The translations under genes and the position numbers were made by a program. This document shows, in pieces, positions 9,533 through 18,635 of a stretch of DNA of 24,000 nucleotides (positions within the stretch are counted from its first letter, which is position 1; every line of letters begins with the position of its first letter). The DNA is from Variovorax paradoxus. Lineage in GTDB: Bacteria; Pseudomonadota; Gammaproteobacteria; Burkholderiales; Burkholderiaceae_C. The DNA is taken from contig NZ_LR743507.1 in the NCBI RefSeq assembly GCF_902712855.1, positions 2,012,253 to 2,036,252 on the forward strand. The letters run 5' to 3'. The notes under the pieces were generated by a model. That model saw nothing but the letters and a program-made list of their open reading frames with translations, searched no databases and was not told where the DNA came from.

Positions 9533-10557
9533 TCCTCGTCCTCCACGTGATGGCTGCGCAGCGAACGCCACCACAGCACCGGGATGATCAAAGTGAAGAC
9601 CAGCACTTCCTTGTATGCGCTGGCCCAGAAGGAGGAGAAGGCCTCGAGCAGGCCCACCAGCAGTGCGCCCGCGAGCGCCAGCGGATAGCTCGCGAGACCG
9701 CCGACGATGGCGGCCACGAAGCCCTTCAGGCCGATCAGGAAGCCGGTGTCGTAGTAGACGGTGGTGATCGGTGCGATCAGCAGGCCCGACACCGCGCCGA
9801 TCAGGGCGGCCAGCGCGAAGCTCAGGTCGCCCGACAGCTCGGTGGGAATGCCCGACAGCCGTGCGCCGACGCGGTTGATGGCGGTGGCGCGCAGCGCCTT
9901 GCCGATCATGGAGCGGCCGAAGAACCAGAACATCGCGATCACCAGCACCAGCGTGACGCCCACCACGACCAGCGACTGGCCGTTGACGGGAATGCCGCCG
10001 AGGTCGAAGCGCGCCTCCGAGAAGGCGCTGGTGCGCGAGCCCTCGGCGCCGAAGAAGAACAGTCCCAGGCCGACCAGCACGCCGTGCAGCGCGACCGACA
10101 CGATCAGCAGCATCAGCACACTGGCGTCGGCCAGCGGGCGGTAGGCCAGGCGATACAGCAACGGTCCGAGCGGCGCGATCAGCACCAGCACGGTGAGCGA
10201 CTGCGCGGCCAGCGAGGTGGGCTTGAGCACCAGCACCAGTGCCGCGGCCACAGCGGGGAAGGCCACGCACCAGGTCAGCGCGGAGCGCCAGTCGACCGTG
10301 GCGCCGCGCTTCCAGCGCCAGGCCTCGACCACCAGCACCGCCACCGCCAGGGCCAGCAGCAGCCACAGCGTGGAGGGCGCATGCCCGCCCTGCAGTGCGG
10401 CCATCGAGAGCGCCCCGAAGGCGACGAACTCGCCCTGCGGGATGAAGATCACGCGTGTGACCGAAAAAACCAGCACCAGCGCGAGCGCCATCAGTCCGTA
10501 GACCGCGCCGTTCACGATGCCGTCCTGCCCGAGCAGCAGGGCGATCTGCAAATCCAT
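9529..10557 (-). CDS. ABC transporter permease, HAAT family (LivH-like)
   Basis: 342-aa polytopic protein starting MDLQIALLLGQDGIVNGAVYGLMALALVLVFSVTRVIFIPQGEF, which is typical of LivH-type permeases. Confidence 0.9.
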   Translation of the reverse strand: MDLQIALLLGQDGIVNGAVYGLMALALVLVFSVTRVIFIPQGEFVAFGALSMAALQGGHAPSTLWLLLALAVAVLVVEAWRWKRGATVDWRSALTWCVAFPAVAAALVLVLKPTSLAAQSLTVLVLIAPLGPLLYRLAYRPLADASVLMLLIVSVALHGVLVGLGLFFFGAEGSRTSAFSEARFDLGGIPVNGQSLVVVGVTLVLVIAMFWFFGRSMIGKALRATAINRVGARLSGIPTELSGDLSFALAALIGAVSGLLIAPITTVYYDTGFLIGLKGFVAAIVGGLASYPLALAGALLVGLLEAFSSFWASAYKEVLVFTLIIPVLWWRSLRSHHVEDEE

Positions 10558-10603
10558 AAAACAACCTTCGGGCGTCGCCCGTGACTCAGTTCAGGAACAC
10601 CGA

Positions 10604-10683
10604 GGAACCGGCTTTGCCGGCCCTCAGGTGTTGCCCCCGGCAGGGGGGTGGCGAAGCGACACGAAGTGCGCGAAGCCTGGGGG
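10604..10683 (+). repeat. REP/MITE-like intergenic element, type 1, copy A
   Basis: Three modules: ccggc-ttt-gccgg hairpin (10608-10620), ccccc-ggca-ggggg hairpin (10634-10647), and tail gcgaagcgacacgaagtgcgcgaagcctggggg. It shares an exact 17-mer ggaaccggctttgccgg with copy C and an exact 19-mer agtgcgcgaagcctggggg with copy B. Confidence 0.7.
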
Positions 10684-10688
10684 CGGGC

Positions 10689-11834
10689 TTATGGTTGGTA
10701 TTTCCAGGCGCCGTTTTCGATCTTCACCATCACGCGTGCGCGCTGGTCGAGGCCCAGGTGGTCGGTCGCGGTCATGTTGAACACGCCGTGCGCGCCGGCC
10801 ACTTCCTTGGTCTGCTCGAGCGCGTCGCGCAGCGCGGCACGGAACTCGGGTGTGCCCGGCTGGGCCTTCTTCAGCGCCACGGGCACGGCCGCGGTCATCA
10901 GCAGGCCGGCGTCCCAGGCGTGGCCGCCGAAGGTCGAGGTCGAGCCCTTGCCGTAGGCGGCTTCATAGGCAGCCACATAGGCGAGCGCGGACTTCTTCAC
11001 CGGGTTGGCGGCGGGCAGCTGGTCGGCCACCAGCACGGGGCCGGCGGGCAGGAAGGTGCCTTCCACGTCCTTGCCGCCCACGCGCAGGAAGTCGGCGTTG
11101 GCCACGCCGTGGGTCTGGTACATCTTGCCGGTGAAGCCGCGTTCCTTCAGCGTCTTCTGCGGCAGCGCGGCCGGCGTGCCGGAACCGGCGATCAGCACCG
11201 CATCGGGCTTGGCGGACATGATCTTCAGCGCCTGGCCGGTCACCGAGGTGTCGGTGCGCGCATAGCGCTCGTTGGCCACGATCTTGATCTTCTTCAGCTC
11301 GGCCGCCTTGGCGAACTCCTGCGACCAGCCTTCGCCGTAGGCGTCGGAGAAGCCGATGAAGGCGACGGTCTTCACGCCGTTGCTGGCCATGTGCTCGGCG
11401 ATGGCGAGCGACATCATGATGTCGTTCTGCGGCGTCTTGAAGACCCACTTCTTCTTGGCGTCCATCGGCTCGATGATGCGGGCCGAGGCGGCCACCGAGA
11501 TCATCGGCGTCTGCGCTTCGCTGGCCACGTCGATCATGGCGAGCGAGGCCGGCGTGGTGGTCGAGCCCAGGATCACGTCGACCTTGTTCTCGGCGATGAG
11601 CTTGCGCGTGTTGTTGACGGCGGCCGTCGTGTCGGACGCGTCGTCCAGCACGATGTAGTTGATCTTCTGCCCGCCGATCGTCTTGGGCATCAGCGAGATG
11701 GTGTTCTTCTCGGGGATGCCCAGCGAGGCTGCCGGGCCCGTGGCCGAGATGGTCACGCCGACGTTGACGTCGGCCCAGGCCGAGAGGGCCGTGGCGCACA
11801 GGGCGGCAATCAGCAGGGGCTTGAAGAATTTCAT
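10689..11834 (-). CDS. Periplasmic substrate-binding protein, type I PBP / Leu-Ile-Val-binding family (LivK-like); probable aromatic-acid binding component
   Basis: 381 aa with an N-terminal signal peptide MKFFKPLLIAALCATALSAWA. The body is of the ANF-receptor/LivK type (VGVTISATGPAASLG..., ...VDVILGSTTTPASLAM...). Substrate assignment is inferred from position inside the paa operon only. Confidence 0.88.
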   Translation of the reverse strand: MKFFKPLLIAALCATALSAWADVNVGVTISATGPAASLGIPEKNTISLMPKTIGGQKINYIVLDDASDTTAAVNNTRKLIAENKVDVILGSTTTPASLAMIDVASEAQTPMISVAASARIIEPMDAKKKWVFKTPQNDIMMSLAIAEHMASNGVKTVAFIGFSDAYGEGWSQEFAKAAELKKIKIVANERYARTDTSVTGQALKIMSAKPDAVLIAGSGTPAALPQKTLKERGFTGKMYQTHGVANADFLRVGGKDVEGTFLPAGPVLVADQLPAANPVKKSALAYVAAYEAAYGKGSTSTFGGHAWDAGLLMTAAVPVALKKAQPGTPEFRAALRDALEQTKEVAGAHGVFNMTATDHLGLDQRARVMVKIENGAWKYQP

Positions 11835-11900
11835 GGTTGGCTTGTCTCCGGGTTGGTTAACAGTTGTTGCAAAGCTCTGAAGCTTATCCAGAAATGCCGC

Positions 11901-11959
11901 GGGTCCGGCGCTGCCGGGCCGATGGCGTTGCCTGCGAAAAACGCGGGCAGGCCTGGGGA
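11901..11959 (+). repeat. REP/MITE-like element, type 1, truncated variant (copy F)
   Basis: gggtccggcgctgccgggccgatgg parallels copy C cggaaccggctttgccgggccgctgg (ccggc-gct-gccgg hairpin at 11905-11917). It is followed by gcctgc...gcaggc (11930-11952) and cctgggga. The long module-3 tail is missing. Confidence 0.45.
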
Positions 11960-11972
11960 ATGCTCATTTTTT

Positions 11973-13058
11973 TCAGCGCTCGTCGAAAGAGAGCGTGACG
12001 CGCTCCGTGAGGGGGTGTGCCTGGCAGGTCAGTACGAAACCGGCGGCCACTTCATTCTTGTCGAGCGCGAAGTTTCTTTCCATGCGGACTTCCCCGTCCA
12101 CGCATTTCGCGCGGCAGGTTCCGCACACGCCTGACGTGCACGAGAACGGCACTTCGAGTCCGGCGGCCGATGCCGCGTCGAGGATGCTCGGCTGGCCTTC
12201 GGTGTAGGTGATGTCGCGCTGCAGGCCGTCGCGCACGATGGTGATGCGCGCCTGCTTGGCGTCGCCCGGCTGGGGCTCGTGCACCACCGCGCCCACCTGC
12301 GTGGCCGAGGGCAGCGCGACGCCGAAGCGCTCGATGTGGATGCGCTCCTCGGGCACGCCGGCCGCGAGCAGCGCAGCCTCTGCCTCGTCGTTCATCTGGA
12401 ACGGGCCGCACACGTACACGTGGTCGATCTGTGCGGCGGGCACCACGCTCTTGAGGAACTCGCCGATCTTCTCGCGGTTCATCACGCCGAAGCCCAGCGG
12501 CGAGTCGGTGTGCTCGTCGGAGAACACGTGCTGCAGCACCAGGCGCGTCATGTAGCGGTTCTTCAGGTCCTCGATCTCTTCCTTGAACATCGTGGACTGC
12601 AGCTGCCGGTTGCCGTAGATGAGCGTGAAGCGGCTTTGCGGCTCGCGCGCCAGCACGGTCTTCATGATCGACAGGATGGGCGTGATGCCGCTGCCGCCCG
12701 CGATGCCGACATGGTGGCGCGCGGACTGCGGCTCGATCGGCACGAAGAAGCGGCCCTGCGGCGCCATCACCTGCACCTCGTCGCCGGGCTGCAGGTGCGC
12801 GTTGATCCAGTTGGAGAAGACGCCGCCGCGCACCTTGCGCACGCCGACGCGCAGCTCGTTGTCGTCGATGCCGGCGCAGATCGAATAGGAGCGGCGCAGG
12901 TCCTGGCCGTCGATGTCCTTGCGCAGCGTGAGGTACTGGCCCTGCGTGAAGCCGAAGACTTCCCGCAGGCTGCCGGGCACGTCGAAGGAGACGATGACGG
13001 CCTCGGACGTGTCGGGCTCGATGGCCTTCACGCGCAGAGGATGGAAAAGGGTGCTCAT
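11973..13058 (-). CDS. paaE: 1,2-phenylacetyl-CoA epoxidase reductase subunit PaaE (FNR-like FAD/NAD domain plus plant-type 2Fe-2S ferredoxin)
   Basis: I start it at MSTLFHPLRV (ATG 13056-13058); the track's extra 34 codons read into the REP element. Motifs: RRSYSI (FAD), GGSGITP (NAD), C-terminal CTSGVCGTCRAK...LTC (2Fe-2S). Confidence 0.93.
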   Translation of the reverse strand: MSTLFHPLRVKAIEPDTSEAVIVSFDVPGSLREVFGFTQGQYLTLRKDIDGQDLRRSYSICAGIDDNELRVGVRKVRGGVFSNWINAHLQPGDEVQVMAPQGRFFVPIEPQSARHHVGIAGGSGITPILSIMKTVLAREPQSRFTLIYGNRQLQSTMFKEEIEDLKNRYMTRLVLQHVFSDEHTDSPLGFGVMNREKIGEFLKSVVPAAQIDHVYVCGPFQMNDEAEAALLAAGVPEERIHIERFGVALPSATQVGAVVHEPQPGDAKQARITIVRDGLQRDITYTEGQPSILDAASAAGLEVPFSCTSGVCGTCRAKCVDGEVRMERNFALDKNEVAAGFVLTCQAHPLTERVTLSFDER

Positions 13059-13101
13059 GCTGAATGCTCGGGGTTGCCAGGCGTCTGTCCAGTGCTGCCG
13101 T

Positions 13102-13181
13102 GGAATCGGCCTTGCCGGGCCACGGGCAGCGCCCCCTCGAGGGGCAAGGAGAAGCGGCACGCAGTGCGCGAAGCCTGGGGG
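13102..13181 (+). repeat. REP/MITE-like intergenic element, type 1, copy B
   Basis: ggaatcggccttgccgggcc, then the gcccc-ctcga-ggggc hairpin (13131-13145), then aaggagaagcggcacgcagtgcgcgaagcctggggg. It lies in the paaD-paaE gap. Confidence 0.7.
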
Positions 13182-13188
13182 TGGTTCT

Positions 13189-13722
13189 TCATATGGGCTT
13201 GAAATGCTCGAAGGGTTCGCGGCAGGCCATGCATCGATAGAGGGCCTTGCAGGCGGTCGATCCGAAGGCCGACAGGCGCTCGGTGCGCTCGCTCGCGCAA
13301 CGCGGGCAGGCGATGCGCTCGCCCGCGATGCGGCCGAACAGCTTGATCGGCATGGCGGTGTTCGCGGCCTGCTCGGCGTTCAGGTGCGCCGGCGGCGCGA
13401 TGCCGTAAGCCTTGAGCTTGGCGCGGCCTTCGTCGCTGATCCAGTCGCTGCTCCAGGCGGGCGCGCGGCGCAGCGTGGCGCGTGCCCGGCCGAGCCCGGC
13501 CTGCTCGATGGCGGCCAGCACGTCGTGCTCGATGGCTTCGGTCGCGGGGCAGCCGGAGTAGGTCGGCGTGAGCACCACCTCCAGGCCGTCGTCGTGCTCG
13601 ATCACCTCGCGCACGATGCCCAGGTCGCAGACCGACACGGCCGGCACCTCGGGGTCGGGCACGGTGTGCAGCACGGCCCAGGCGGCGTCGACGCGCGCGG
13701 CCGTCATGGTGTCGGACGTCAC
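13189..13722 (-). CDS. paaD: Phenylacetyl-CoA epoxidase accessory subunit PaaD
   Basis: The real gene is the C-terminal part of track ORF 13189-14403. It has a DUF59-like core (VPDPEVPAVSVCDLGIVREV) and a C-terminal Cys cluster (CPRCASERTERLSAFGSTACKALYRCMACREPFEHFK). GTG 13720-13722 overlaps the paaC stop (GTGA). ATG 13707 is the alternative start. Confidence 0.85.
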   Translation of the reverse strand: MTSDTMTAARVDAAWAVLHTVPDPEVPAVSVCDLGIVREVIEHDDGLEVVLTPTYSGCPATEAIEHDVLAAIEQAGLGRARATLRRAPAWSSDWISDEGRAKLKAYGIAPPAHLNAEQAANTAMPIKLFGRIAGERIACPRCASERTERLSAFGSTACKALYRCMACREPFEHFKPI

Positions 13723-14498
13723 CACACGCCCCCGGGGAAGCTGCGCTGCAGGTGCTGCATCTCGGCCAGGATGTAGCCCATGTGCTCGCTGTGCACGCCC
13801 TGCTTGCCGGTGCTGCGGAAGGCGGCTTCCCTGGGCATGGCGAGGCCGGCCGCGTCGAGCACGTGCTGCATCTCGGCGAGCCACGGCTCGCGCAGTTCGC
13901 TCCATGCCGGGCCGAGGCCGCTGGCGCTGGCGTCGGCATCCACGTCGTCGCTGTGGAACAGCTCGGGCACGTACAGCCACAGCTGCTTCAGCGCGCGCTC
14001 GGTGCGGCGGCGCGATTCCTCGGTGCCGTCGCCCAGGCGCACCACCCAGTCGGCCGAATGCTCCTGGTGGTAGCGGGCTTCCTTCAGCGCCTTGCCGGCG
14101 ATGGCCGCCACCTCGGCGTCGTTCGATGTGTACAGGCGCTGCCACAGCAGCTTGAGCAGCGTCGACACCATGGTGTTGCGCACCACGGCGAAGGCGAAGT
14201 CGCCTCGCGGCAGTTCGGCGATGGTGAGGTTGAAGTAGTCGCGCTCCTCGCGCAGGAAGGCCAGCTGGTCTTCGTCGTGTTCGCGGCCTGCGCCTTCGAG
14301 CTTGCCGGCATGCGTGAGCAGCGCGCGCGCCTGGCCCACGAGGTCGAGCGCGATGTTGGCCATCGCGATGTCTTCCTCGAGCACGGGTGCGTGCCCGCAC
14401 CATTCGCCCAGGCGCTGCGCGAGCACCAGGCAGGTGTCGCCGATGCGCAGCAGGTACTGCACTTCGGACGTGCGGTTCAGTTCGATCGATGCTTGCAT
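13719..14498 (-). CDS. paaC: 1,2-phenylacetyl-CoA epoxidase subunit PaaC
   Basis: 259 aa (MQASIELNRTSEVQYLLRIGDTCLVLAQRLGEWCGHAPVLEEDIAMANIALDLVGQAR), a ferritin-like helical-bundle family. It occupies the canonical position between paaB and paaD. Confidence 0.92.
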   Translation of the reverse strand: MQASIELNRTSEVQYLLRIGDTCLVLAQRLGEWCGHAPVLEEDIAMANIALDLVGQARALLTHAGKLEGAGREHDEDQLAFLREERDYFNLTIAELPRGDFAFAVVRNTMVSTLLKLLWQRLYTSNDAEVAAIAGKALKEARYHQEHSADWVVRLGDGTEESRRRTERALKQLWLYVPELFHSDDVDADASASGLGPAWSELREPWLAEMQHVLDAAGLAMPREAAFRSTGKQGVHSEHMGYILAEMQHLQRSFPGGVW

Positions 14499-14519
14499 GA
14501 TGTTCCCGTCAATGGCCGA

Positions 14520-14816
14520 TCACATGTGGTCCACGGACTTGGGCAGGGCATAGAACGTGGGGTGGCGGTACACCTTGTCCTCGGCCGGATCGAAGAACAT
14601 GTCCTTGTCACCCGGGTCGCTCGCCACGATCTGCTCGGAACGCACGACCCAGATGCTGCTGCCTTCCTGGCGGCGCGTGTACACGTCGCGCGCCATCTGG
14701 ATGGCCATCTTCGAGTCGGCCGCGTGCAGGCTGCCGCAATGCTTGTGGTCCAGTCCGGCCTTGCTGCGCACGAACACTTCCCACAGGGGCCATTCTTGTT
14801 TTGCTTCGGTGCTCAT
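14520..14816 (-). CDS. paaB: 1,2-phenylacetyl-CoA epoxidase subunit PaaB
   Basis: 98 aa ([34 protein letters not shown]...YRHPTFY), being the C-terminal part of track ORF 14520-15182. ATG 14814-14816 overlaps the paaA stop (ATGA). Confidence 0.92.
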   Translation of the reverse strand: MSTEAKQEWPLWEVFVRSKAGLDHKHCGSLHAADSKMAIQMARDVYTRRQEGSSIWVVRSEQIVASDPGDKDMFFDPAEDKVYRHPTFYALPKSVDHM

Positions 14817-15823
14817 GCTGCTTCCTTCATCGGTTGTTTGTTGGCATGGGCCAGCGCGGCTTCGCGCACCCAGGCGCCGTCTTCCCAGGCGTCCACACGG
14901 GCCTGCAGTCGCTCGCGGTTGCAGGGGCCGTCGCCGCCGATGACGCGCCAGAACTCGCTCCAGTCGATGGTGCCGAAGTCGTGCGCCTGGCGCTCCTCGT
15001 TCCACTTGAGGTCGGGGTCGGGCAGGGTCACGCCGAGGATGCGCGCCTGCTCGACAGTGGCGTCGATGAACTTCTGGCGCAGCTCGTCGTTGCTGAAGCG
15101 CTTGATGCCCCAGCGCATCGACTGCGCCGAGTTGGGTGACTGGTCGTCCGGCGGGCCGAACATCATGATCGAGGGCCACCACCAGCGGTTGACCGCGTCC
15201 TGCACCATGGCCTTCTGCGCGTCGGTGCCGTGGGTCATCATGGTCAGCAGGGCTTCGTAGCCCTGGCGCTGGTGGAAGCTCTCCTCGCGGCAGATGCGGA
15301 TCATGGCGCGCGCGTACGGCGCGTACGAGCAGCGGCAGATCGGCACCTGGTTCATGATGGCCGCGCCGTCGACCAGCCAGCCGATGGTGCCCATGTCGGC
15401 CCAGGTCAGCGTGGGGTAGTTGAAGATCGAGCTGTACTTGGCCTTGCCGCTGTGCAGCGCGTCGAACATCTGGTCGCGCGAGGTGCCGAGCGTTTCGGCG
15501 GCGGCATACAGGTAGAGGCCGTGGCCGCCTTCGTCCTGCACCTTGGCCAGCAGGATGGCCTTGCGCTTGAGCGTGGGCGCGCGGCTGATCCAGTTGCCCT
15601 CGGGCAGCATGCCGACGATCTCGGAATGCGCGTGCTGGCTGATCTGGCGCACCAGCGTCTTGCGGTAGTGCTCGGGCATCCAGTCTTTCGCCTCGATGAA
15701 GTCGCCCGCGTCGATGTGGGCATCGAAGCGTTCCTCGAGCTGCATTTCCTCGGCCGAGCGAACGGCTTTCTGCTTGCCGTCGCCTGCGTCCTTGCCCATG
15801 GTGTCCATTGCCTGGGTGTACAT
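14813..15823 (-). CDS. paaA: 1,2-phenylacetyl-CoA epoxidase catalytic (di-iron) subunit PaaA
   Basis: 336 aa with di-iron ligand regions QHAHSEIVG and [10 protein letters not shown]. Nearby in-frame ATGs (MDTMGK) make the exact start uncertain by a few codons. Confidence 0.93.
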   Translation of the reverse strand: MYTQAMDTMGKDAGDGKQKAVRSAEEMQLEERFDAHIDAGDFIEAKDWMPEHYRKTLVRQISQHAHSEIVGMLPEGNWISRAPTLKRKAILLAKVQDEGGHGLYLYAAAETLGTSRDQMFDALHSGKAKYSSIFNYPTLTWADMGTIGWLVDGAAIMNQVPICRCSYAPYARAMIRICREESFHQRQGYEALLTMMTHGTDAQKAMVQDAVNRWWWPSIMMFGPPDDQSPNSAQSMRWGIKRFSNDELRQKFIDATVEQARILGVTLPDPDLKWNEERQAHDFGTIDWSEFWRVIGGDGPCNRERLQARVDAWEDGAWVREAALAHANKQPMKEAA

Positions 15824-15857
15824 GTGCGTTTCCTTTCGGTGGGTGTGTGGGGGCGGT

Positions 15858-17168
15858 TCAGCGCGGGCGCGTGTCGATCACGCGGCGTGCCTTGCCGGTC
15901 TGGGTGCGTTCCATCTCGTTGGGCGCATGCACCACCACGCGGGTGGAGATGCCGATGAGCGTCTTCACGCGGTGCTGCACCCAGTCGCCGATGGCGGCGC
16001 GGTCGGCCGATGCGGCGTCGGAGGCATTGAGCTCGCAGTGCACCTCGACCTGGTCGAGCTTGTCCGCGCGGCTCACATGCACTTGGTACAGGCCCGAGAG
16101 CGCCTGGTGCGCGAGCACGATCTCCTCGACCTGCGTGGGGAACACGTTGACGCCGCGGATGATCATCATGTCGTCGCTGCGCCCGACGATCTTGCCCATG
16201 CGGCGGAACGAGCGCGAGGTGGGCGCCAGCAGGCGCGTGAGGTCGCGCGTGCGGTAGCGCACGATGGGCATGGCCTCCTTGCTCAGCGAGGTGAAGACGA
16301 GCTCGCCCTCTTCGCCGTCGGCCTTCAGCTCACCCGTTTCGGGGTCGATGATCTCGGGGTAGAAGTGGTCTTCCCAGATGACGGGGCCGTCCTTGCTCTC
16401 CACGCATTCGCTGGCCACGCCCGGGCCCATCACTTCGGACAGGCCGTAGATGTCGACCGCGTCCAGGCCGGCCTTGGCCTCGATGTCGCGGCGCATGGCT
16501 TCGGTCCACGGCTCCGCGCCGAAGATGCCGACCTGCAGCGAACTGTGCTTCGCGTCGAGGCCCTGGCGCTCGAACTGCTCGATGATCACCTGCATGTAGC
16601 TGGGCGTGACCATGATGATGTTCGGCTTGAAGTCCTGGATGAGCTGCACCTGCTTCTCGGTCTGGCCGCCCGACATCGGGATGACGGTGCAGCCCGCGCG
16701 CTCGGCGCCGTAGTGCGCGCCCAGGCCGCCCGTGAACAGGCCGTAGCCGTACGACACGTGGATCATGTCGCCGGGCCGTCCGCCCGCCGCACGGATGGAA
16801 CGGGCCACCAGGTCGGCCCAGGTGTCGATGTCCTTCAGCGTGTAGCCCACCACCGTCGGCTTGCCGGTGGTGCCCGACGAAGCGTGGATGCGCGCGACCT
16901 TCTCGCGCGGCACGGCGAACATGCCGAAGGGATAGTTGTCGCGCAGGTCGCTCTTCACCGTGAACGGGAACTTCGACAGGTCGGCGAGCGACTTCAGGTC
17001 GTCGGGGTGCACGCCCTTGGCATCGAATGCCTTGCGGTAGTGCGGCACGTTGTCGTAGGCATTGCGCAGCGTGGCGCGCAGACGCGTGAGCTGCAGCGCG
17101 GCGATCTCGTCGCGGCTCGCGGTCTCGATGGGGTCCAGGTCGCCGGGGGCGGGGTGTTTCACGGTCAT
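15858..17168 (-). CDS. paaK: Phenylacetate-CoA ligase PaaK
   Basis: I start it at [10 protein letters not shown] (ATG 17166-17168, 436 aa); the track's upstream 44 codons read into REP copy C. The adenylate-forming motif [16 protein letters not shown] is present. Confidence 0.93.
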   Translation of the reverse strand: MTVKHPAPGDLDPIETASRDEIAALQLTRLRATLRNAYDNVPHYRKAFDAKGVHPDDLKSLADLSKFPFTVKSDLRDNYPFGMFAVPREKVARIHASSGTTGKPTVVGYTLKDIDTWADLVARSIRAAGGRPGDMIHVSYGYGLFTGGLGAHYGAERAGCTVIPMSGGQTEKQVQLIQDFKPNIIMVTPSYMQVIIEQFERQGLDAKHSSLQVGIFGAEPWTEAMRRDIEAKAGLDAVDIYGLSEVMGPGVASECVESKDGPVIWEDHFYPEIIDPETGELKADGEEGELVFTSLSKEAMPIVRYRTRDLTRLLAPTSRSFRRMGKIVGRSDDMMIIRGVNVFPTQVEEIVLAHQALSGLYQVHVSRADKLDQVEVHCELNASDAASADRAAIGDWVQHRVKTLIGISTRVVVHAPNEMERTQTGKARRVIDTRPR

Positions 17169-17231
17169 GGTGTTGAGCCTTGTGGTGAAGCGAGCTTCAT
17201 CAAAGAGAAGATTCCCTTTGCGGGATACCGC

Positions 17232-17311
17232 GGAACCGGCTTTGCCGGGCCGCTGGTATCGCCCCCTGCAAGGGGGTAGGAGGCCACACGCAGTGGGCAA
17301 GCCTTGTGGTG
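17232..17311 (+). repeat. REP/MITE-like intergenic element, type 1, copy C
   Basis: ggaaccggctttgccgggcc, then the ccccc-tgcaa-ggggg hairpin (17262-17276), then aggaggccacacgcagtgggcaagccttgtggtg. It fills the paaI-paaK gap. Confidence 0.7.
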
Positions 17312-17312
17312 T

Positions 17313-17750
17313 TCATACGGCTGGGCGGCCCTTGGCCGTGTACGAGCGGCCACGAAAGATCGCGATGCGCTCGCCGCGCTGGTTGGTGATTTCGGTGTCG
17401 TACACGCCGGTGCGGCCGGCCTTCGACACTTCCTGGCAACGCGCGGTGAGCACGTCGCCCTCGCGCGCCGGCGCGATGAAGTCGATGGCGAAGCCCGAGG
17501 CCACGGTCAGCTCGTTGTACGAGTTGCAGGCGAAGGCGAAGGTCGAGTCGGCCAGCGTGGCCATGAAGCCGCCATGGCAGATGGCGTGGCCGTTGAGCAT
17601 GTCGGGGCGCACGCGCATCTCGATCGTGGCCTGCCCCGGCCCGACCTCGACGATGCGCATGCCGAGGCCCTTGCTCGCGTTGTCGTTCGCGAACATGCCG
17701 TCGCGCACGTACTCGGCGGTCTGCTGGGGGGTGCGGGTGGAGTCGGTCAT
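17313..17750 (-). CDS. paaI: Hydroxyphenylacetyl-CoA thioesterase PaaI (hot-dog fold)
   Basis: 145 aa containing LNGHAICHGGFMATLADSTFAFA, typical of PaaI/4HBT-type thioesterases. Confidence 0.9.
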   Translation of the reverse strand: MTDSTRTPQQTAEYVRDGMFANDNASKGLGMRIVEVGPGQATIEMRVRPDMLNGHAICHGGFMATLADSTFAFACNSYNELTVASGFAIDFIAPAREGDVLTARCQEVSKAGRTGVYDTEITNQRGERIAIFRGRSYTAKGRPAV

Positions 17751-17753
17751 TGC

Positions 17754-18557
17754 TCAGCGGTCCTTGAAGACGGGAGCGCGCTTGGCGCGGAAAGCCTCGA
17801 CGCCTTCGCGGTAGTCATCGGCATTGCCCAGGGCGCGCTGCACGCGGGCTTCCTCGTCGAGCGCGGTCCGCAGGTCCATGCCCTGTGCGTCGTTCATGGC
17901 CTGGCGCGTGGCGACGAGCGCGCGGGTCGGCATGCCGGCGAGCTTCGAGGCGAGGGCGGCGGCCGTGTCGGCCAGCGCTGCGTCGTCCACGCACTGCCAG
18001 ATCAGGCCGATGCGTGCGGCTTCCTCGGCGGGCAGCTTGTCGCCCAGCATCGCGATGCCCAGCGCGCGCGCCGAACCCACCAGGCGCGGCAGCAGCCAGG
18101 TGCCGCCGGTGTCGGGCACGAGTCCGATCTTGGTGAAGGCCTGGATGAAGCTGGCCGAGCGGCCGGCCACCACGAGGTCGCAGCACAGCGCCAGGTTGGC
18201 GCCCGCGCCCGCGGCCACGCCGTTCACGGCCGCGACAACCGGCACCGGCATCGAGCGCAGGCGGGCGACCAGAGGCCCGTAGTAGGTGGAGATGACATGG
18301 CCCAGGTCCTTGGGCGCCGCACCGGGCGTCGGATCGGGAGCGACCGACGGGTCGGCCAGGTCCTGGCCGGCGCAGAAGGCACGGCCGGCGCCGGTGAGCA
18401 CCACGCAGCGCACGCCTTCGTCTGCGGCCGCCGACTCGAGCGCGTCCAGCAGCTCGGCATGCAGTTCCGTGGTGAAGCTGTTGAGCGCCGCAGGGCGGTT
18501 GAGGCTCAGCGTGCGCACCGCGCCGGCATTGCTGATGAGTACCAAAGGCTCAGTCAT
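17754..18557 (-). CDS. paaG: 1,2-epoxyphenylacetyl-CoA isomerase PaaG (crotonase superfamily)
   Basis: I start it at MTEPLVLISNAGAVRTLSLNRPAALNSF (ATG 18555-18557, 267 aa). The remainder of track ORF 17754-19418 is antisense to paaY. Crotonase motif VVLTGAGRAFCAGQDL is present. The PaaG (rather than PaaF) assignment rests on gene order. Confidence 0.85.
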   Translation of the reverse strand: MTEPLVLISNAGAVRTLSLNRPAALNSFTTELHAELLDALESAAADEGVRCVVLTGAGRAFCAGQDLADPSVAPDPTPGAAPKDLGHVISTYYGPLVARLRSMPVPVVAAVNGVAAGAGANLALCCDLVVAGRSASFIQAFTKIGLVPDTGGTWLLPRLVGSARALGIAMLGDKLPAEEAARIGLIWQCVDDAALADTAAALASKLAGMPTRALVATRQAMNDAQGMDLRTALDEEARVQRALGNADDYREGVEAFRAKRAPVFKDR

Positions 18558-18606
18558 TGCATGTCTCTTTCTTCCTTCGTGGGCGCCGGCCAACGTGCAA
18601 ACACTA

Positions 18607-18635
18607 TTGACCGACCGTTCGGTTGATTTTAGGAT
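18607..18635 (+). promoter_or_regulatory. Candidate sigma70 promoter for paaY-paaR, overlapped by an imperfect palindrome (candidate PaaR operator)
   Basis: TTGACC (18607-18612), a 17-nt spacer, then TAGGAT (18630-18635). The palindrome accga-ccgt-tcggt lies at 18610-18623. On the other strand TAAAAT (18631-18626) could be the -10 of the paaG promoter. Hexamers are by-eye matches only. Confidence 0.35.

Noticed and set aside
10660-10690. A recurring peptide-like translation (..CAKPGGG..) from the repeat elements on the plus strand (also at 13160-13190), which could suggest a conserved micro-ORF.
   Set aside because: The two occurrences are in different reading frames relative to any start codon and sit inside spurious long ORFs. 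The similarity is explained by nucleotide-level repeat conservation and hairpin structure rather than by coding.
11835-11972. An internal terminator or promoter in the lower-GC paaE/binding-protein gap (gcctgc...gcaggc with an A5/T5 loop).
   Set aside because: The stem is explained as part of the truncated repeat element. The T-run falls in the loop rather than after the stem, and I could not identify convincing -35/-10 hexamers. This is left open rather than called.
11973-13160. N-terminal extensions in the ORF track for paaE (to 13160), paaK (to 17300), paaG (to 19418), the VWA protein (to 23631), the fused permease-ATPase (to 10564), paaD (to 14403), paaB (to 15182) and the flavin reductase (from 1617).
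   Set aside because: The extensions read through REP-like elements or through neighbouring genes in another frame. Internal ATG/GTG starts give proteins of canonical length, often with ATGA/GTGA coupling to the upstream stop.
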